64,000 bases of DNA from a virus: positions 64,001 through 128,000 of the IMG/VR virus record IMGVR_UViG_3300035698_012088. One strand, given 5' to 3'. This document shows positions 1 to 10,058 of the stretch, piece by piece. The translations under genes and the position numbers were made by a program. Position 1 is the stretch's first letter. Each line of letters opens with the position of its first letter. Under the pieces are notes generated by a model. That model worked only from the letters and a program-made list of their open reading frames with translations, was not told the origin of the DNA and did not search any database.

Positions 1-6
1 ACAGTT

Positions 7-576
7 ATGTATCTAGATGCAGATGTTCTCTGTGTTAATCCAGTACAGCCTATTTTTGATCATTATGCTAAAAGATTCTATACTTCCCAAAAGTTTGCCT
101 ATGTGAGAGATCAATTACCTATGGACTGCAAATACTATAATGTATGTCTAAAGGATCAAGAGATTCCCAAAGGTACTCTTGGTATTAGTTCAGCTATGTT
201 CATTGTCCACGGAACCAAGTTCAAGGAATACTTAAATATATGGAACCATGCTCATCAAGGCCTAGAGGGTAAGTTTAGGTGGATGCACGACCAGCATACT
301 TTAAACTATGTTCTATGGCATGAACTTATTCCTGCAGAGGAGTTACCTGGTAAGTGGTTTGAGATACCTTATTACTATAAGAAACATGGTCAAGAAGATC
401 AGTTTGAGGACAGAATAGGACCTAAAAACATATTCTGGCATTTTGTAGCATTCAACGGTGACCATAAAGCAGACTACTGCATGAAGCACCATTTCAACAA
501 GTTATTAGATAGAGAAAGGTTCCCAGACATTGTTCTAGATAAACCCTGGGTCATTGATGAAGGAGTAGTTAGATGA
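7..576 (+). CDS. glycosyltransferase (GT-A fold, GT8-like), probably 5'-truncated by the window edge
   Basis: YLDADV DxD motif, DQ..LN motif and WHF near the C-terminus. Confidence 0.7.
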   Translation: MYLDADVLCVNPVQPIFDHYAKRFYTSQKFAYVRDQLPMDCKYYNVCLKDQEIPKGTLGISSAMFIVHGTKFKEYLNIWNHAHQGLEGKFRWMHDQHTLNYVLWHELIPAEELPGKWFEIPYYYKKHGQEDQFEDRIGPKNIFWHFVAFNGDHKADYCMKHHFNKLLDRERFPDIVLDKPWVIDEGVVR

Positions 577-1247
577 TTAGCAATAAAAAGAAACACGGGT
601 TCTCAGATATCAAAGTTGTATTACATAGAGACGGATATGGAATTAGAGACTATCCAAAAGACCACTTTGATTTTATCTTTGACATTGGGGGCAATATTGG
701 CCTCTTCAGTATCTATGCCAGGATGTTAAACCCTGAGACTAAGATCGTGGCCTTAGAGCCCTGTAAGGAGACTTATGGGTATATGTGTAAGAACCTGGAT
801 GGATTGGACGTAGAGACACTCCAAGAGGCCTTAGGCAACGGGGATCCCCTTTACTTTAAGGACATTAAACATTTAACAGGTAACATGTTTTTAGAAGATG
901 AGGATACTGCTGGAGGGTATGAAGTAACCAGTATGACTTTGAAGCAACTATTTACTAAGTACAGAGTAGATCTCAAGAAACATAAGGTCTATCTTAAATT
1001 AGACTGTGAGGGCGGGGAGGTTCATCTTATGGATACAGAGTCCACTACTATAATGAAGCAATTAGACCATGTAGGTATGGAGATTCACTTTGCATATAAG
1101 AATCCTAATTTTATGCATTTACCTAATTGGGAACAGTATGTAGCTTGGGTAGAGAATAACTTTACTAAGACTCATGTGGTCAAGTATGGTAACTCCAATA
1201 GAAGCAAATCTGTGGGGATGTACAATATAGTAAAAAGGATAGGTTAA
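573..1247 (+). CDS. FkbM-family SAM methyltransferase
   Basis: FDIGGNIG, ALEP and LKLDCEGGE motifs. Confidence 0.85.
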   Translation: MISNKKKHGFSDIKVVLHRDGYGIRDYPKDHFDFIFDIGGNIGLFSIYARMLNPETKIVALEPCKETYGYMCKNLDGLDVETLQEALGNGDPLYFKDIKHLTGNMFLEDEDTAGGYEVTSMTLKQLFTKYRVDLKKHKVYLKLDCEGGEVHLMDTESTTIMKQLDHVGMEIHFAYKNPNFMHLPNWEQYVAWVENNFTKTHVVKYGNSNRSKSVGMYNIVKRIG

Positions 1248-2215
1248 TGGGATACTATCAATCAATAGGTACTAATAAAGGTTCCAGGGACTGTGAAGAG
1301 AGGTGGGAAGTTATTAAACCTTATATCCCGGAACACGGAGTTGTATTGGATATTGGGTGTGCAGAGGGATTCTTCTGTAAGAGAATAGCAGAGGAGACCA
1401 AGTGCCTAGTAGTGGGTCTTGAGAAGTCCAAGAACTGCCTCAAGAGACTTAATAACTGGTACACAGACTACTACAAGGGTAAAGTTGTTATCTGTAACAC
1501 GACCATAGATGACATAAAGGCTCAGAGAATGGCCAAAGCCTGTGACTGGGTAAACATGTCCATGCTGCTCAGTGTGTTACATTGGATTCCAAATCCAGGG
1601 GAAGTGCTTAAACATGTATCTTCTTTTTCAGAACAGGTATTAGTAGAACTACCTGATCTAGAAGATACTAGAGCTTGTGGTCAGGCCTATATGAATGAGC
1701 TTAGGGAAATAGGAGATATCAAAACATATCTAGAGAGCTGTACAGGTAGAGATGTTACTTTCATTAAAGCAGTTAAAGCCCACACCAGTGCCACCAGAAA
1801 CATTTGGCTAATTGGGGGAGATGTAGAGAGAACTTGCAGAGTTCCCCATGTAGATATGAAACTTCCTACTGCTAAGGACTGTCACAAATACCCAATTTAC
1901 AAACATACCTATGAGAAGGGGGTCCACACATTTAACCTTAAAGGCCACCACAGGCTCTTTTGGAAATCTGGAATCAACTTAGCAACCTTGAATTATCTCA
2001 ATGTAATCAAACCTACCAAGGAGTGGTTTCTGGATTGTGCCAGAGCAGAACTAGAGATCCACAAAAGAAGCAAACCCTTTAAAGGCGATGCCAGATATCG
2101 TAACATCGTAGTGGAAAGAGATGGAGTATACTGGATTGACTTAACTGATAAAGGCGGGAAGAATAGATATGAAGCAGAGATCCTTGCAATAGGACAACCT
2201 AAGGAGAGAAAGTAA
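1247..2215 (+). CDS. class I SAM methyltransferase, WbdD-like, with C-terminal kinase-like remnant
   Basis: YQSI..SRDC..R, VLDIGCAEGFF, LSVLHW; C-terminal GDARYRNIVV...YWID resembles a kinase catalytic loop and Mg-binding Asp. Confidence 0.65.
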   Translation: MGYYQSIGTNKGSRDCEERWEVIKPYIPEHGVVLDIGCAEGFFCKRIAEETKCLVVGLEKSKNCLKRLNNWYTDYYKGKVVICNTTIDDIKAQRMAKACDWVNMSMLLSVLHWIPNPGEVLKHVSSFSEQVLVELPDLEDTRACGQAYMNELREIGDIKTYLESCTGRDVTFIKAVKAHTSATRNIWLIGGDVERTCRVPHVDMKLPTAKDCHKYPIYKHTYEKGVHTFNLKGHHRLFWKSGINLATLNYLNVIKPTKEWFLDCARAELEIHKRSKPFKGDARYRNIVVERDGVYWIDLTDKGGKNRYEAEILAIGQPKERK

Positions 2216-2217
2216 CT

Positions 2218-2901
2218 ATGATTGGGGACCCAAAAGGAATAGCATTTACAGAGATTAAAACAATACTCTATAAAGATGCATATAAAATAAGAAAGTACCC
2301 TAGGGATTCCTTTGACGTTATAGTGGATGTAGGGGCCAATATAGGTTACTTTTCTATGACAGCTAGAATACTCCAACCTATGGCTAAAATTATTGCTCTT
2401 GAGCCTTGCATAGAAACCTTTGAATACCTAGCCTCTAATATGGCAGGACTTAATGTGGAATGTGTACAGGAGGCTCTAGGAAAAGATAGTCCTTTGTATT
2501 TTAGAGAGATGGTGGACTGTAGAGTTAATAGGTTTATATAGAAGGATGAATTGGGAGAAGAGGGATATGAGGTAAATAGCATTTCATTATCTACCCTTTT
2601 TAAAAGATATGACATTAACCCTAAAGAACAAAAGGTTTATTTAAAACTAGACTGTGAAGGTGGAGAAAGATTTCTGATTAACCCAGAGGATGAGGCACTC
2701 TTAAAAGATATTGAACATATAGGATTTGAACTTCATTTTCAAGGAGAAGATGGTATACACCACCTTACCATGCTTCCTTGGAAAACCTATTTTGAGTGGA
2801 TAAATCGCTTATTTAGTGAAACACATAACATAGAGTATTCTCTATCTAGAAAAAAGAATGGATACGGTACGTTTAATATAATTAAAAAGGAGACGGACTA
2901 A
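2218..2901 (+). pseudogene. second FkbM methyltransferase interrupted by an in-frame TAG at 2539-2541
   Basis: ORFs 2218..2541 (VDVGANIG) and 2551..2901 (LKLDCEGGE) are in the same frame and together align end to end with 573..1247. Confidence 0.75.
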
Positions 2902-3218
2902 TGGCAGAGACAGTAGGAGATTTAGTAGACAGACTTTGTATAGCCAACATTAGACTTTGGCATATAGAAGATGAGAGAAGGGCCTATGCTACAACAGCAA
3001 AAGAGTTCCCTGGAGATGTTACTAAAGAACAGGGCGTAGAACTTCTGGATAAGGTATCTCAGACCAACAAGGAGAGGAATAGTCTTATAGATCAGATCAA
3101 TGCAGCCTTTAGGGTTATAATCGATAAGGCTGTAGCTAAAGACTCTACTTTTGAGTTAACTGCAGAGGAACTCCTTGGTACTGGGAAGAATAAACATTAC
3201 AAAACAGAAGATACGTAG
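2901..3218 (+). CDS. DUF4254-like helical protein
   Basis: ETVGDLVDRLCIANIRLWH.ED...N.ERN.LI..IN pattern, typical of glycosyltransferase neighbourhoods. Confidence 0.55.
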   Translation: MAETVGDLVDRLCIANIRLWHIEDERRAYATTAKEFPGDVTKEQGVELLDKVSQTNKERNSLIDQINAAFRVIIDKAVAKDSTFELTAEELLGTGKNKHYKTEDT

Positions 3219-3416
3219 TATATTAGTGTAAACTCTAAAGGTGTTATATGATGTACTTAGAATATTTAAGAAGGCAAGGACTTATAGCTAGATTGGTTAA
3301 TAGAGCTAAAAGATATGATGTTAAGTTATTAAAGTCCCATAAGCGACCTTCATACAGAGAGGATTACCCAGGGGACGACGATCCCTCAACTAGAGGTATT
3401 ACTCAGGAGAACAACG

Positions 3417-4139
3417 ATGCTTAAAACTAATTTTGGAATACATACTAAGCAGAAGACGACTCCTCTACAGGAATACATAAGCTGGCAAGAGGACCCCTCT
3501 GATGACAATTATGAAAAGCTTTTTGAACAACTTAAGCCTACAGTGAATACTGCCTTAACCTCTTTTGGAGGAGGAGATAAAACTTTAAAAACTAGAGCTA
3601 ATATCCTAACAGCTAAAGCTATAAAGTCCTATGATGCTAATAAAGGAGCTTCTCTAAAAACACATGTATACACTACTCTCCAGAGACTAAAGAGATTTAA
3701 TGCGGAAAGAGGTAGAGTTGTACATATACCTGAAAATGTAAGACTAGACAATAATATGATAGATGGGTTCATGAACGAATATAGAGATAAGAATAGAGGA
3801 GTAGATCCGTCTATTGCAGAGATTTCTGATGGGACAGGCCTATCTAAGATCAAAGTGAAAAGGGCTACTATACAGGCTTCTGAATTACCCACCTCTTTCA
3901 TGGAAACTGAGAAGGGGGATATTCTGAACTTTGAAGATAGATCAGAAGCAGCTATATGGAAAGATTATGTCTACCATGATTTGGACAATATAGGAAAGAA
4001 GATTTTTGAGCACACTACAGGATACATGGGATCCAAAGTCCTACCTAAAAAAGAAATAGCAGCAAAGTTAAAAATCACTCCTGCTGCTGTAAGCAGTAGA
4101 ATTAATACAATTACAAAGAGACTACAACAGGTCCCTTGA
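3417..4139 (+). CDS. phage sigma70-family (FliA-like) sigma factor
   Basis: region 2 YDANKGASLKTHV, region 3 PSIAEISDGTGLS, region 4 HTH KKEIAAKLKITPAAVSSR. Confidence 0.8.
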   Translation: MLKTNFGIHTKQKTTPLQEYISWQEDPSDDNYEKLFEQLKPTVNTALTSFGGGDKTLKTRANILTAKAIKSYDANKGASLKTHVYTTLQRLKRFNAERGRVVHIPENVRLDNNMIDGFMNEYRDKNRGVDPSIAEISDGTGLSKIKVKRATIQASELPTSFMETEKGDILNFEDRSEAAIWKDYVYHDLDNIGKKIFEHTTGYMGSKVLPKKEIAAKLKITPAAVSSRINTITKRLQQVP

Positions 4140-4570
4140 CAAGAAAGAATAAAATGGAAAATTATCTAGACGGCTTTTTAAAAGACAGTAGACTTACCTT
4201 TAAATCAGTTACAGAGGCACTAGTGACTGCTAAGAATGATGATGTAGTTCTTACCCTTAACTCTGAGACAGGTGAGATAGAAGAAGATACTGTGGATGAT
4301 ACCTACTTTGGGTATGTATCCTATATCTATACTGTTAGAGCCGGAGACTATTTCTTAGCTGCAGGGCCAGAACAGGAAGTATATGTGGTAGGGCAAGAGT
4401 ACTACATGATGAACGAACTTGAAGCTGGACATTTCCTTTTTACAGAGTATCTTGAGTCAGTGGAAGTGGAAGAAGTGAAAAGGATATATGTGGCAGCTCC
4501 AGTAGCAACAGTATCCTTAGCAAATAGCGAAGTTATGTTTGTAAACGGTATTCTTGTAAGAACAATGTAA
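4136..4570 (+). CDS. stand-alone degenerate Hint (intein-like) domain
   Basis: GFLKDSRL (block A-like), GPEQEVYV (block B-like), ELEAGHFL, C-terminal VSLANSEVMFVNGILVRTM (block F/G-like); likely start ATG 4154. Confidence 0.55.
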   Translation: MTRKNKMENYLDGFLKDSRLTFKSVTEALVTAKNDDVVLTLNSETGEIEEDTVDDTYFGYVSYIYTVRAGDYFLAAGPEQEVYVVGQEYYMMNELEAGHFLFTEYLESVEVEEVKRIYVAAPVATVSLANSEVMFVNGILVRTM

Positions 4571-4580
4571 AGGAAGTATT

Positions 4581-5090
4581 ATGTCACGGAAAAAGAAAGT
4601 CACTAAGAATCAAAAGACTAGATCAGTTGTAAAAGACAATTTCTCAGTAATTGAAAGAGTATGGGCAGAAGACGGGATTGTAAAGACTCAGCTCAAAGAT
4701 GGTCAGATTAAATCCCTATCCCCAACAGATGCGGCAATGAGAGCAAGGTCAATTAATGAAATGCCTTTACCCCCAAATCTAAAAGGTCCAGCTCTAGAGT
4801 TAGTAGAGAAGATCATAGAAGCAGTTAGGGAAGCTAAGCATCAGGTAGAAGATCCTTTTAAAAACAAAAAAACAGAGATCATTGCCAACATGTATGCAGG
4901 TAAATCCCCTGATGGTAGTGAAATGACTGAAACAGAAGATCAAAAGCTACTAAGATATACTTTTATGTATCCTACTCTGAAAGAACAAGAGATTGAAGTC
5001 ATCCATAAGGATAAAAGGCTAGTAGATAGTCAGAAGGCCGTATTAATGGAAGAGATGCATAAGAGAAGACTAGCCGGCATCCCTACCTAA
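4581..5090 (+). CDS. hypothetical protein
   Basis: 169-aa ORF with AAGGA RBS. Confidence 0.7.
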   Translation: MSRKKKVTKNQKTRSVVKDNFSVIERVWAEDGIVKTQLKDGQIKSLSPTDAAMRARSINEMPLPPNLKGPALELVEKIIEAVREAKHQVEDPFKNKKTEIIANMYAGKSPDGSEMTETEDQKLLRYTFMYPTLKEQEIEVIHKDKRLVDSQKAVLMEEMHKRRLAGIPT

Positions 5091-5744
5091 ACTATCTCTT
5101 ACTTTAGATGTAAATCCCTTATCGATATCCCCTACATCTACTTCATCAAGCTGGGTAAACAAATCTCTCAATCTCTTTTGAGCTAGGATTTCTAACCCGG
5201 CTTTTTTATCTTCTTGTCCTTTCCAGAAGGATTGGAAGAAGATAGGATCATCTGCTATTACATCTTCAACAGACTCCTCATCAGGGAATATAGCAAAACT
5301 TAGAGCACTAGGTGGCTTATAGATCCCCTCATTAGATAAGAGCATCCCTACAAAGGTGGCAATGTCAGGAGTGAAGTCCTGTTTATTATACTCATCCCCC
5401 TCCAAGAGCTTAACTTCTATGCAGCCCCACATGCAATCATCTATGTCAGCAGGGATGAAGATATCAGTACTATACCCTACATTAAAAGATAAGGTGTTAC
5501 ATATAGAAGAGAAGATTTCTATAGAGTTATAAAATGCTGTAGAAGTGAAGATAGAGATTCCAGCTTGGATCTTGTCATTCAAATCAGCAGTAACCTCATC
5601 TATAGCAAAGTCTAATACTATTTGCTGAGCTAAGACTGCAGGATCCCATTCCATGAACTCAGTTCCATATTTATCCATAAGAATAGCTAATACAACTGTG
5701 GTATAGGTTCCTGTGTTATCTAACATTTCAGCTGTATTTTTCAT
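5070..5744 (-). CDS. hypothetical acidic protein in minus-strand (probably structural) operon
   Basis: 224-aa ORF translationally coupled to 5744..7639. Confidence 0.7.
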   Translation of the reverse strand: MKNTAEMLDNTGTYTTVVLAILMDKYGTEFMEWDPAVLAQQIVLDFAIDEVTADLNDKIQAGISIFTSTAFYNSIEIFSSICNTLSFNVGYSTDIFIPADIDDCMWGCIEVKLLEGDEYNKQDFTPDIATFVGMLLSNEGIYKPPSALSFAIFPDEESVEDVIADDPIFFQSFWKGQEDKKAGLEILAQKRLRDLFTQLDEVDVGDIDKGFTSKVRDSLGRDAG

Positions 5745-7639
5745 TATCTACCTACTATGAGGTCCAGAGCCTTTCTTCTGTTTTGGGAACTGTGTTCTTC
5801 AGGAGCCACAATAGGGCCAAAGACATTAGACCAAGAAGAGTTGAAGTCGTTCTTGAGTTCTGGGCTATTAGAAACCTGATGTAACTGCGACATATCTTTT
5901 GCTGTGATATCTCTATCTTTCCCTAGTACCCCAGAGATCCAATCAGAGTATTTACCTTTATCTGCTAAGATGGTATCTTGTAGTCCTCTGATGCCAGATC
6001 TCTTTCCTCTTCTTTCCAAGGCTTTCTCTATTCTAGTCCTTCCTTGGATGTGTTCTCTCATTTGTTTCATCTCAGGAGTTTTTTGGGCTGTAGCAATAAA
6101 GTTGTCCGCCAACCTATTATTTTGGAATCCTGCTTGTACAGAGATATTAGAGAACAATTGGTTTATTTTACTCAACTGTCCTCTCCTAGCAGAAGCATTA
6201 GCAAAAGGCTTAGAGTTAATATATTTCTCTACACCTGTTTGGGTTAACCCTCCCATAGATTTCATCTCTTCTATATCTTGGTAGTTATACCCTAGTTTCT
6301 TTAAAGCCTTTTCTCTTTGGCTAAGAAGCTTAGTAGCCTGGTGGGATAGGATATTCAAAGTCCCAGAACCCATAGCAGTATATTTCTTAGCTACATCAGA
6401 GTCTAAGTAGTTTCTAAGAGTATCTTTAGATAACCAGTCACTAGCAGGGAGTCTTCTATTTATAGCCCCCAAAAATCCCTTTACAGATCTGAAGTTTTTA
6501 CTATTCTTCTTAACATGGTCTACCATACTTTTGGCTCTCTTTTCTCCATATAGATCTGTCAAAGCAGCATAGGAGGTAGCTAAGAGCTGAGACCCTAAAC
6601 TATTACTGGATTGCTTTATCTTAGAGAAGAGAGAAGAATTAACTTGTCCCTTATCTAGGCCCCTCATATCTTGTCCCTTTCCTGCAGCTGCGGCCAAGAT
6701 AAAGTTCTGAGTATTGGCTAAAGCAGACTCCGGAGACCCTGTAGTAGCATAGATTTGCTTTGCTTGCCCCAATAGCTGTCCCATTTGCTCATCACTAATA
6801 CCTGCTATCTCTGCACTACCTCTAAGATTTCTAAACATTTCTACAGTCTTGTCCATACCTAATGTTTTGATAGGGTCAAATCCTAGTTTAGAGATAGCTG
6901 TTGGCATAGCTGCACCAGGAGGTACACCTAAGAAGTCTCCCATCTCTGAAGCTGCTTTAGTATACCCGGACATGCTTTTAAACAGACTCTCTTTTGCCTT
7001 CCTAGAAAAGTTACCTCTCCTATCAAAGCTATAAGGATCGCTAATAATATGATTAAAAGACCCATTCAAAAACTGTTGGAATATAACATTAGCTGCATCA
7101 GGGGCATTAATGGCTCCCATCTTGTTAGTATTCTTTGGGTTCATAAGGACATTAACAGTGTGATCCATAAAAGCTGAGGCTCTTCTGTTTCTAGCCATTG
7201 TAGCTCTTCCCGCTAATCCAGGAGCTACTATTGGAGAATACACCCCAGCCTTCCTCATAGTATCCTCAGCAGACTCTAGCATCTTGTCTACCCCATTAGC
7301 CTTAAGCATTCCCCAAGCTAACATAGACCCCATTGAGGGACCATAGGCTGCTTGTTCAGCTTCTTCAGGAGACATACCAAATCTTTGCTGGTTTATCTTA
7401 GTAGCTAGGTTGACTTGAAACTCTTTCATCTTCCTAGCAATAGGAGTCATGCTTCTTTCTATTTCTTTAGTTCTTAGAAAGTTTAGATACTGCTTCCCCA
7501 CATTTTGGGGTCCATAGAGACCACCCTTTCCAAAAGTGTCAGATCCTTCATCAGATGTTACCTGATTACCAGTTAATTTTGGAAGGAAGGCTCCCATGGC
7601 AGGGAAATATTGTTGAAGTACATCGCCTAATCCGGGCAT
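5744..7639 (-). CDS. probable virion protein (G/A/M-rich, Cys-free, tape-measure/ejection-protein-like composition)
   Basis: 631-aa ORF; function inferred only from composition and context. Confidence 0.45.
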   Translation of the reverse strand: MPGLGDVLQQYFPAMGAFLPKLTGNQVTSDEGSDTFGKGGLYGPQNVGKQYLNFLRTKEIERSMTPIARKMKEFQVNLATKINQQRFGMSPEEAEQAAYGPSMGSMLAWGMLKANGVDKMLESAEDTMRKAGVYSPIVAPGLAGRATMARNRRASAFMDHTVNVLMNPKNTNKMGAINAPDAANVIFQQFLNGSFNHIISDPYSFDRRGNFSRKAKESLFKSMSGYTKAASEMGDFLGVPPGAAMPTAISKLGFDPIKTLGMDKTVEMFRNLRGSAEIAGISDEQMGQLLGQAKQIYATTGSPESALANTQNFILAAAAGKGQDMRGLDKGQVNSSLFSKIKQSSNSLGSQLLATSYAALTDLYGEKRAKSMVDHVKKNSKNFRSVKGFLGAINRRLPASDWLSKDTLRNYLDSDVAKKYTAMGSGTLNILSHQATKLLSQREKALKKLGYNYQDIEEMKSMGGLTQTGVEKYINSKPFANASARRGQLSKINQLFSNISVQAGFQNNRLADNFIATAQKTPEMKQMREHIQGRTRIEKALERRGKRSGIRGLQDTILADKGKYSDWISGVLGKDRDITAKDMSQLHQVSNSPELKNDFNSSWSNVFGPIVAPEEHSSQNRRKALDLIVGR

Positions 7640-7651
7640 AGGGTCTTCTCC

Positions 7652-8677
7652 TTAAACTAGAGAATTGCAGAGAATATCTGCTTGTTTCTTGGATAGAGAA
7701 GCCGTCTTTTCAATGGCATCACTTGTGTTAGCTACATGAGCACCAAAGACGTTTTTGAATATATCTTTTACCAATGTACCTTGTTTTCTCAGAGCTTGTT
7801 TTGAAATCATCTGTCCATTAGCTAATATACAGGCTTCTTTCCTAAGGGTTTGAGAGTCCTGTAGAGTAACTGTGATGAGATCTCTCTCAGGGGCCTGGAA
7901 GCCATCATCATATCTGAGGTTAAGCCCATAGGCTCTATCAATAACATCTAAAGCAGCGGCAACCTTTTGTAAGACATCTGGAGAAATCAGGTCATCTTGA
8001 GCCTTTATAAAGGATCCCATCTTCTCAAATCTCTCTGAAATCTCTGGGTAGTCTCTTTTAAGGGCGAAGTGTCTCATCTGTATCACACCAAGAGCGTTCT
8101 CTTTTGTGGTAGTTCCCCAACCAGCAGTCTTTTGTAGATTTTGTTCTGCTTCTTTGCTAAAGACATTTACTTTACCTAAGAGCTGTTGAGCAACCTTCTG
8201 CCTTGTCTCATAGATATAGTTATCTGGGTGGCATATAATATCCATAGCGATCTTTTGTAAATGAGTAGGTTGGTCAACTTCCACTTCAGTAACCGCATCT
8301 CCATTAACAATATACTGAATAGTCTCAGCTTTTGATGCTTTTTTCTCAAAGGAGTCTTCTAACTGTTTCTGTAACTTTTCTCTTTCACCATCAAGTTCCC
8401 ACAATTTAGCAGCCTTTTCCAGAATCTTATCAATGGTCTTTTGTTGACCAAAGGCAGTACCATACTTAGAGAAGAAGGCCATGCTTAGATAGGTGTCTGC
8501 TTTTGTGTGAATAGGAAATTCTCTATTCTCTTGATCTGCAAAAGATCTAGTAGGTAATTCTTTAACATCCTCTTCACTAGATAGTTCTGCTTTCTTAAGA
8601 AACTCTGGAAACTCAATCTGACTATATAAAGCATATAGTCTCTGGTGGTTCTTGTCGTTGATATGATCTGACATCAT
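7652..8677 (-). CDS. probable head-associated protein with repeated K-x-A motifs
   Basis: 341 aa, AAGGAG RBS, about 12 copies of [EQRSK]-K-x-A. Confidence 0.5.
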   Translation of the reverse strand: MMSDHINDKNHQRLYALYSQIEFPEFLKKAELSSEEDVKELPTRSFADQENREFPIHTKADTYLSMAFFSKYGTAFGQQKTIDKILEKAAKLWELDGEREKLQKQLEDSFEKKASKAETIQYIVNGDAVTEVEVDQPTHLQKIAMDIICHPDNYIYETRQKVAQQLLGKVNVFSKEAEQNLQKTAGWGTTTKENALGVIQMRHFALKRDYPEISERFEKMGSFIKAQDDLISPDVLQKVAAALDVIDRAYGLNLRYDDGFQAPERDLITVTLQDSQTLRKEACILANGQMISKQALRKQGTLVKDIFKNVFGAHVANTSDAIEKTASLSKKQADILCNSLV

Positions 8678-8767
8678 AATCTCCTTATATGGGTGTATTA
8701 TTTAAACTTACAACTACACTTATACAATATACACCTCTTTTAGTACTATTTCTAAAGAGTTATAGTT

Positions 8768-8796
8768 TTGTAAAAGATCTAGGTGGGTTGTATATT
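8768..8796 (+). promoter_or_regulatory. sigma70-type promoter
   Basis: TTGTAA-17nt-TATATT in a divergent intergenic region. Confidence 0.45.
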
Positions 8797-8866
8797 TACT
8801 GTATAATATACATCCTCTTGTCTCAAAAAGAATTAGCGAGTCGATTCATACTCAGGAATTTACCAA

Positions 8867-9634
8867 ATGATAGATAGAATTGTGCAACAGTATTCCTCCA
8901 CTCCCTCTAGTTTAAGAAAGACTGCCCTAGCAGTAATACATAAAGATCTCAGCTGGTTAGAGAAGATATCTAAGCTGTATAAAGATATGAACATTAGTAT
9001 GAAAACCTATACCTCAGATAGTTTGGAGAGGTTTAAAGAGGATGCAATGTATTTTGATGTTGTATTGATAGGAGAAGAAGAGGAGACTACGGGGCAGGAT
9101 ACAATTAAGAGTATTCTATCTAAGCAGTATAGAGGTATGGCCTATCTGATAACAGATATAGATACAGAAACAAAGTACAGTATCAAAAAAGAGTCTTTGT
9201 TAGAGGACCCCTGTCAAATATTATCAACAACTATGAACTTGGAAAAGCTTAGAAGCCTTACAGAGAGATTACCTAAAATAGACACTATGTCTACTGAATT
9301 AGAAGGTAACACAAAGAGATTGATGGAGGGATGGGCTCTACCTTGGGTAGCCCTATTAAATCAACCCTCCTGTGGGATTGTTCACGCACATCACACCAAA
9401 GGAGACACTCAGAAAGGGTACCATGTAGAATCAAAGGTGGCTATTGTTTTAATCCGTGGCCACATAGAGTTTGATACTAGTCAGGATGGTTTTCTAACTC
9501 ATTATTCCTTAATGCCCGGGGATGTAGCAGTTATACCACCTGGCTCTAACCACCATACTATGACATGGTTAGAAAACGGTGAGTCACTCTTTATAAGTTT
9601 GCCTTGCTGGGAAGGAACCCCCAAGGTTAAATAA
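8867..9634 (+). CDS. hypothetical protein with C-terminal cupin-like domain
   Basis: YHVES..IVLIRGHIEF...LMPGDVAVIPPGSNHH cupin motifs. Confidence 0.55.
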   Translation: MIDRIVQQYSSTPSSLRKTALAVIHKDLSWLEKISKLYKDMNISMKTYTSDSLERFKEDAMYFDVVLIGEEEETTGQDTIKSILSKQYRGMAYLITDIDTETKYSIKKESLLEDPCQILSTTMNLEKLRSLTERLPKIDTMSTELEGNTKRLMEGWALPWVALLNQPSCGIVHAHHTKGDTQKGYHVESKVAIVLIRGHIEFDTSQDGFLTHYSLMPGDVAVIPPGSNHHTMTWLENGESLFISLPCWEGTPKVK

Positions 9635-9635
9635 T

Positions 9636-10058
9636 ATGAGCAATGTTGGATGGACTGAATGGTCAAAATATGTACTTATTGAATTGGAGAGACTGAATGT
9701 TGATATGAAGGCTCTGGACAATAGACTAGACCATATTATCTTAGATACAACCAAAACCGAGATTCAAAAAGAAGCAGAGATTACCGAGATAAGAAAAGAT
9801 ATCGATATAGTACAAGACACTATACGCAATATCAAGAAAGAGCTTAAATTAGCCCAAGAGAGTCAAATATCTATAGCTGAGGTTAGAGGGCAATTAAGTG
9901 TTTGGGTAAAGGTTTGGTTAGCTATACTTAGTTTCTTAGTATTAGCAACTATAACTAAGATCTGGTCAACACCTTCTGGGTTAGAGGTTCAACCTAAAGA
10001 TGTACTGGAATTCTTAAGGGGATCTCACCCAGCTTCAAAAGTACCTAATGGTAATTGA
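9636..10058 (+). CDS. coiled-coil protein with one transmembrane helix (holin/hemolysin-like topology)
   Basis: heptad region followed by VWVKVWLAILSFLVLATITKIW. Confidence 0.45.
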   Translation: MSNVGWTEWSKYVLIELERLNVDMKALDNRLDHIILDTTKTEIQKEAEITEIRKDIDIVQDTIRNIKKELKLAQESQISIAEVRGQLSVWVKVWLAILSFLVLATITKIWSTPSGLEVQPKDVLEFLRGSHPASKVPNGN

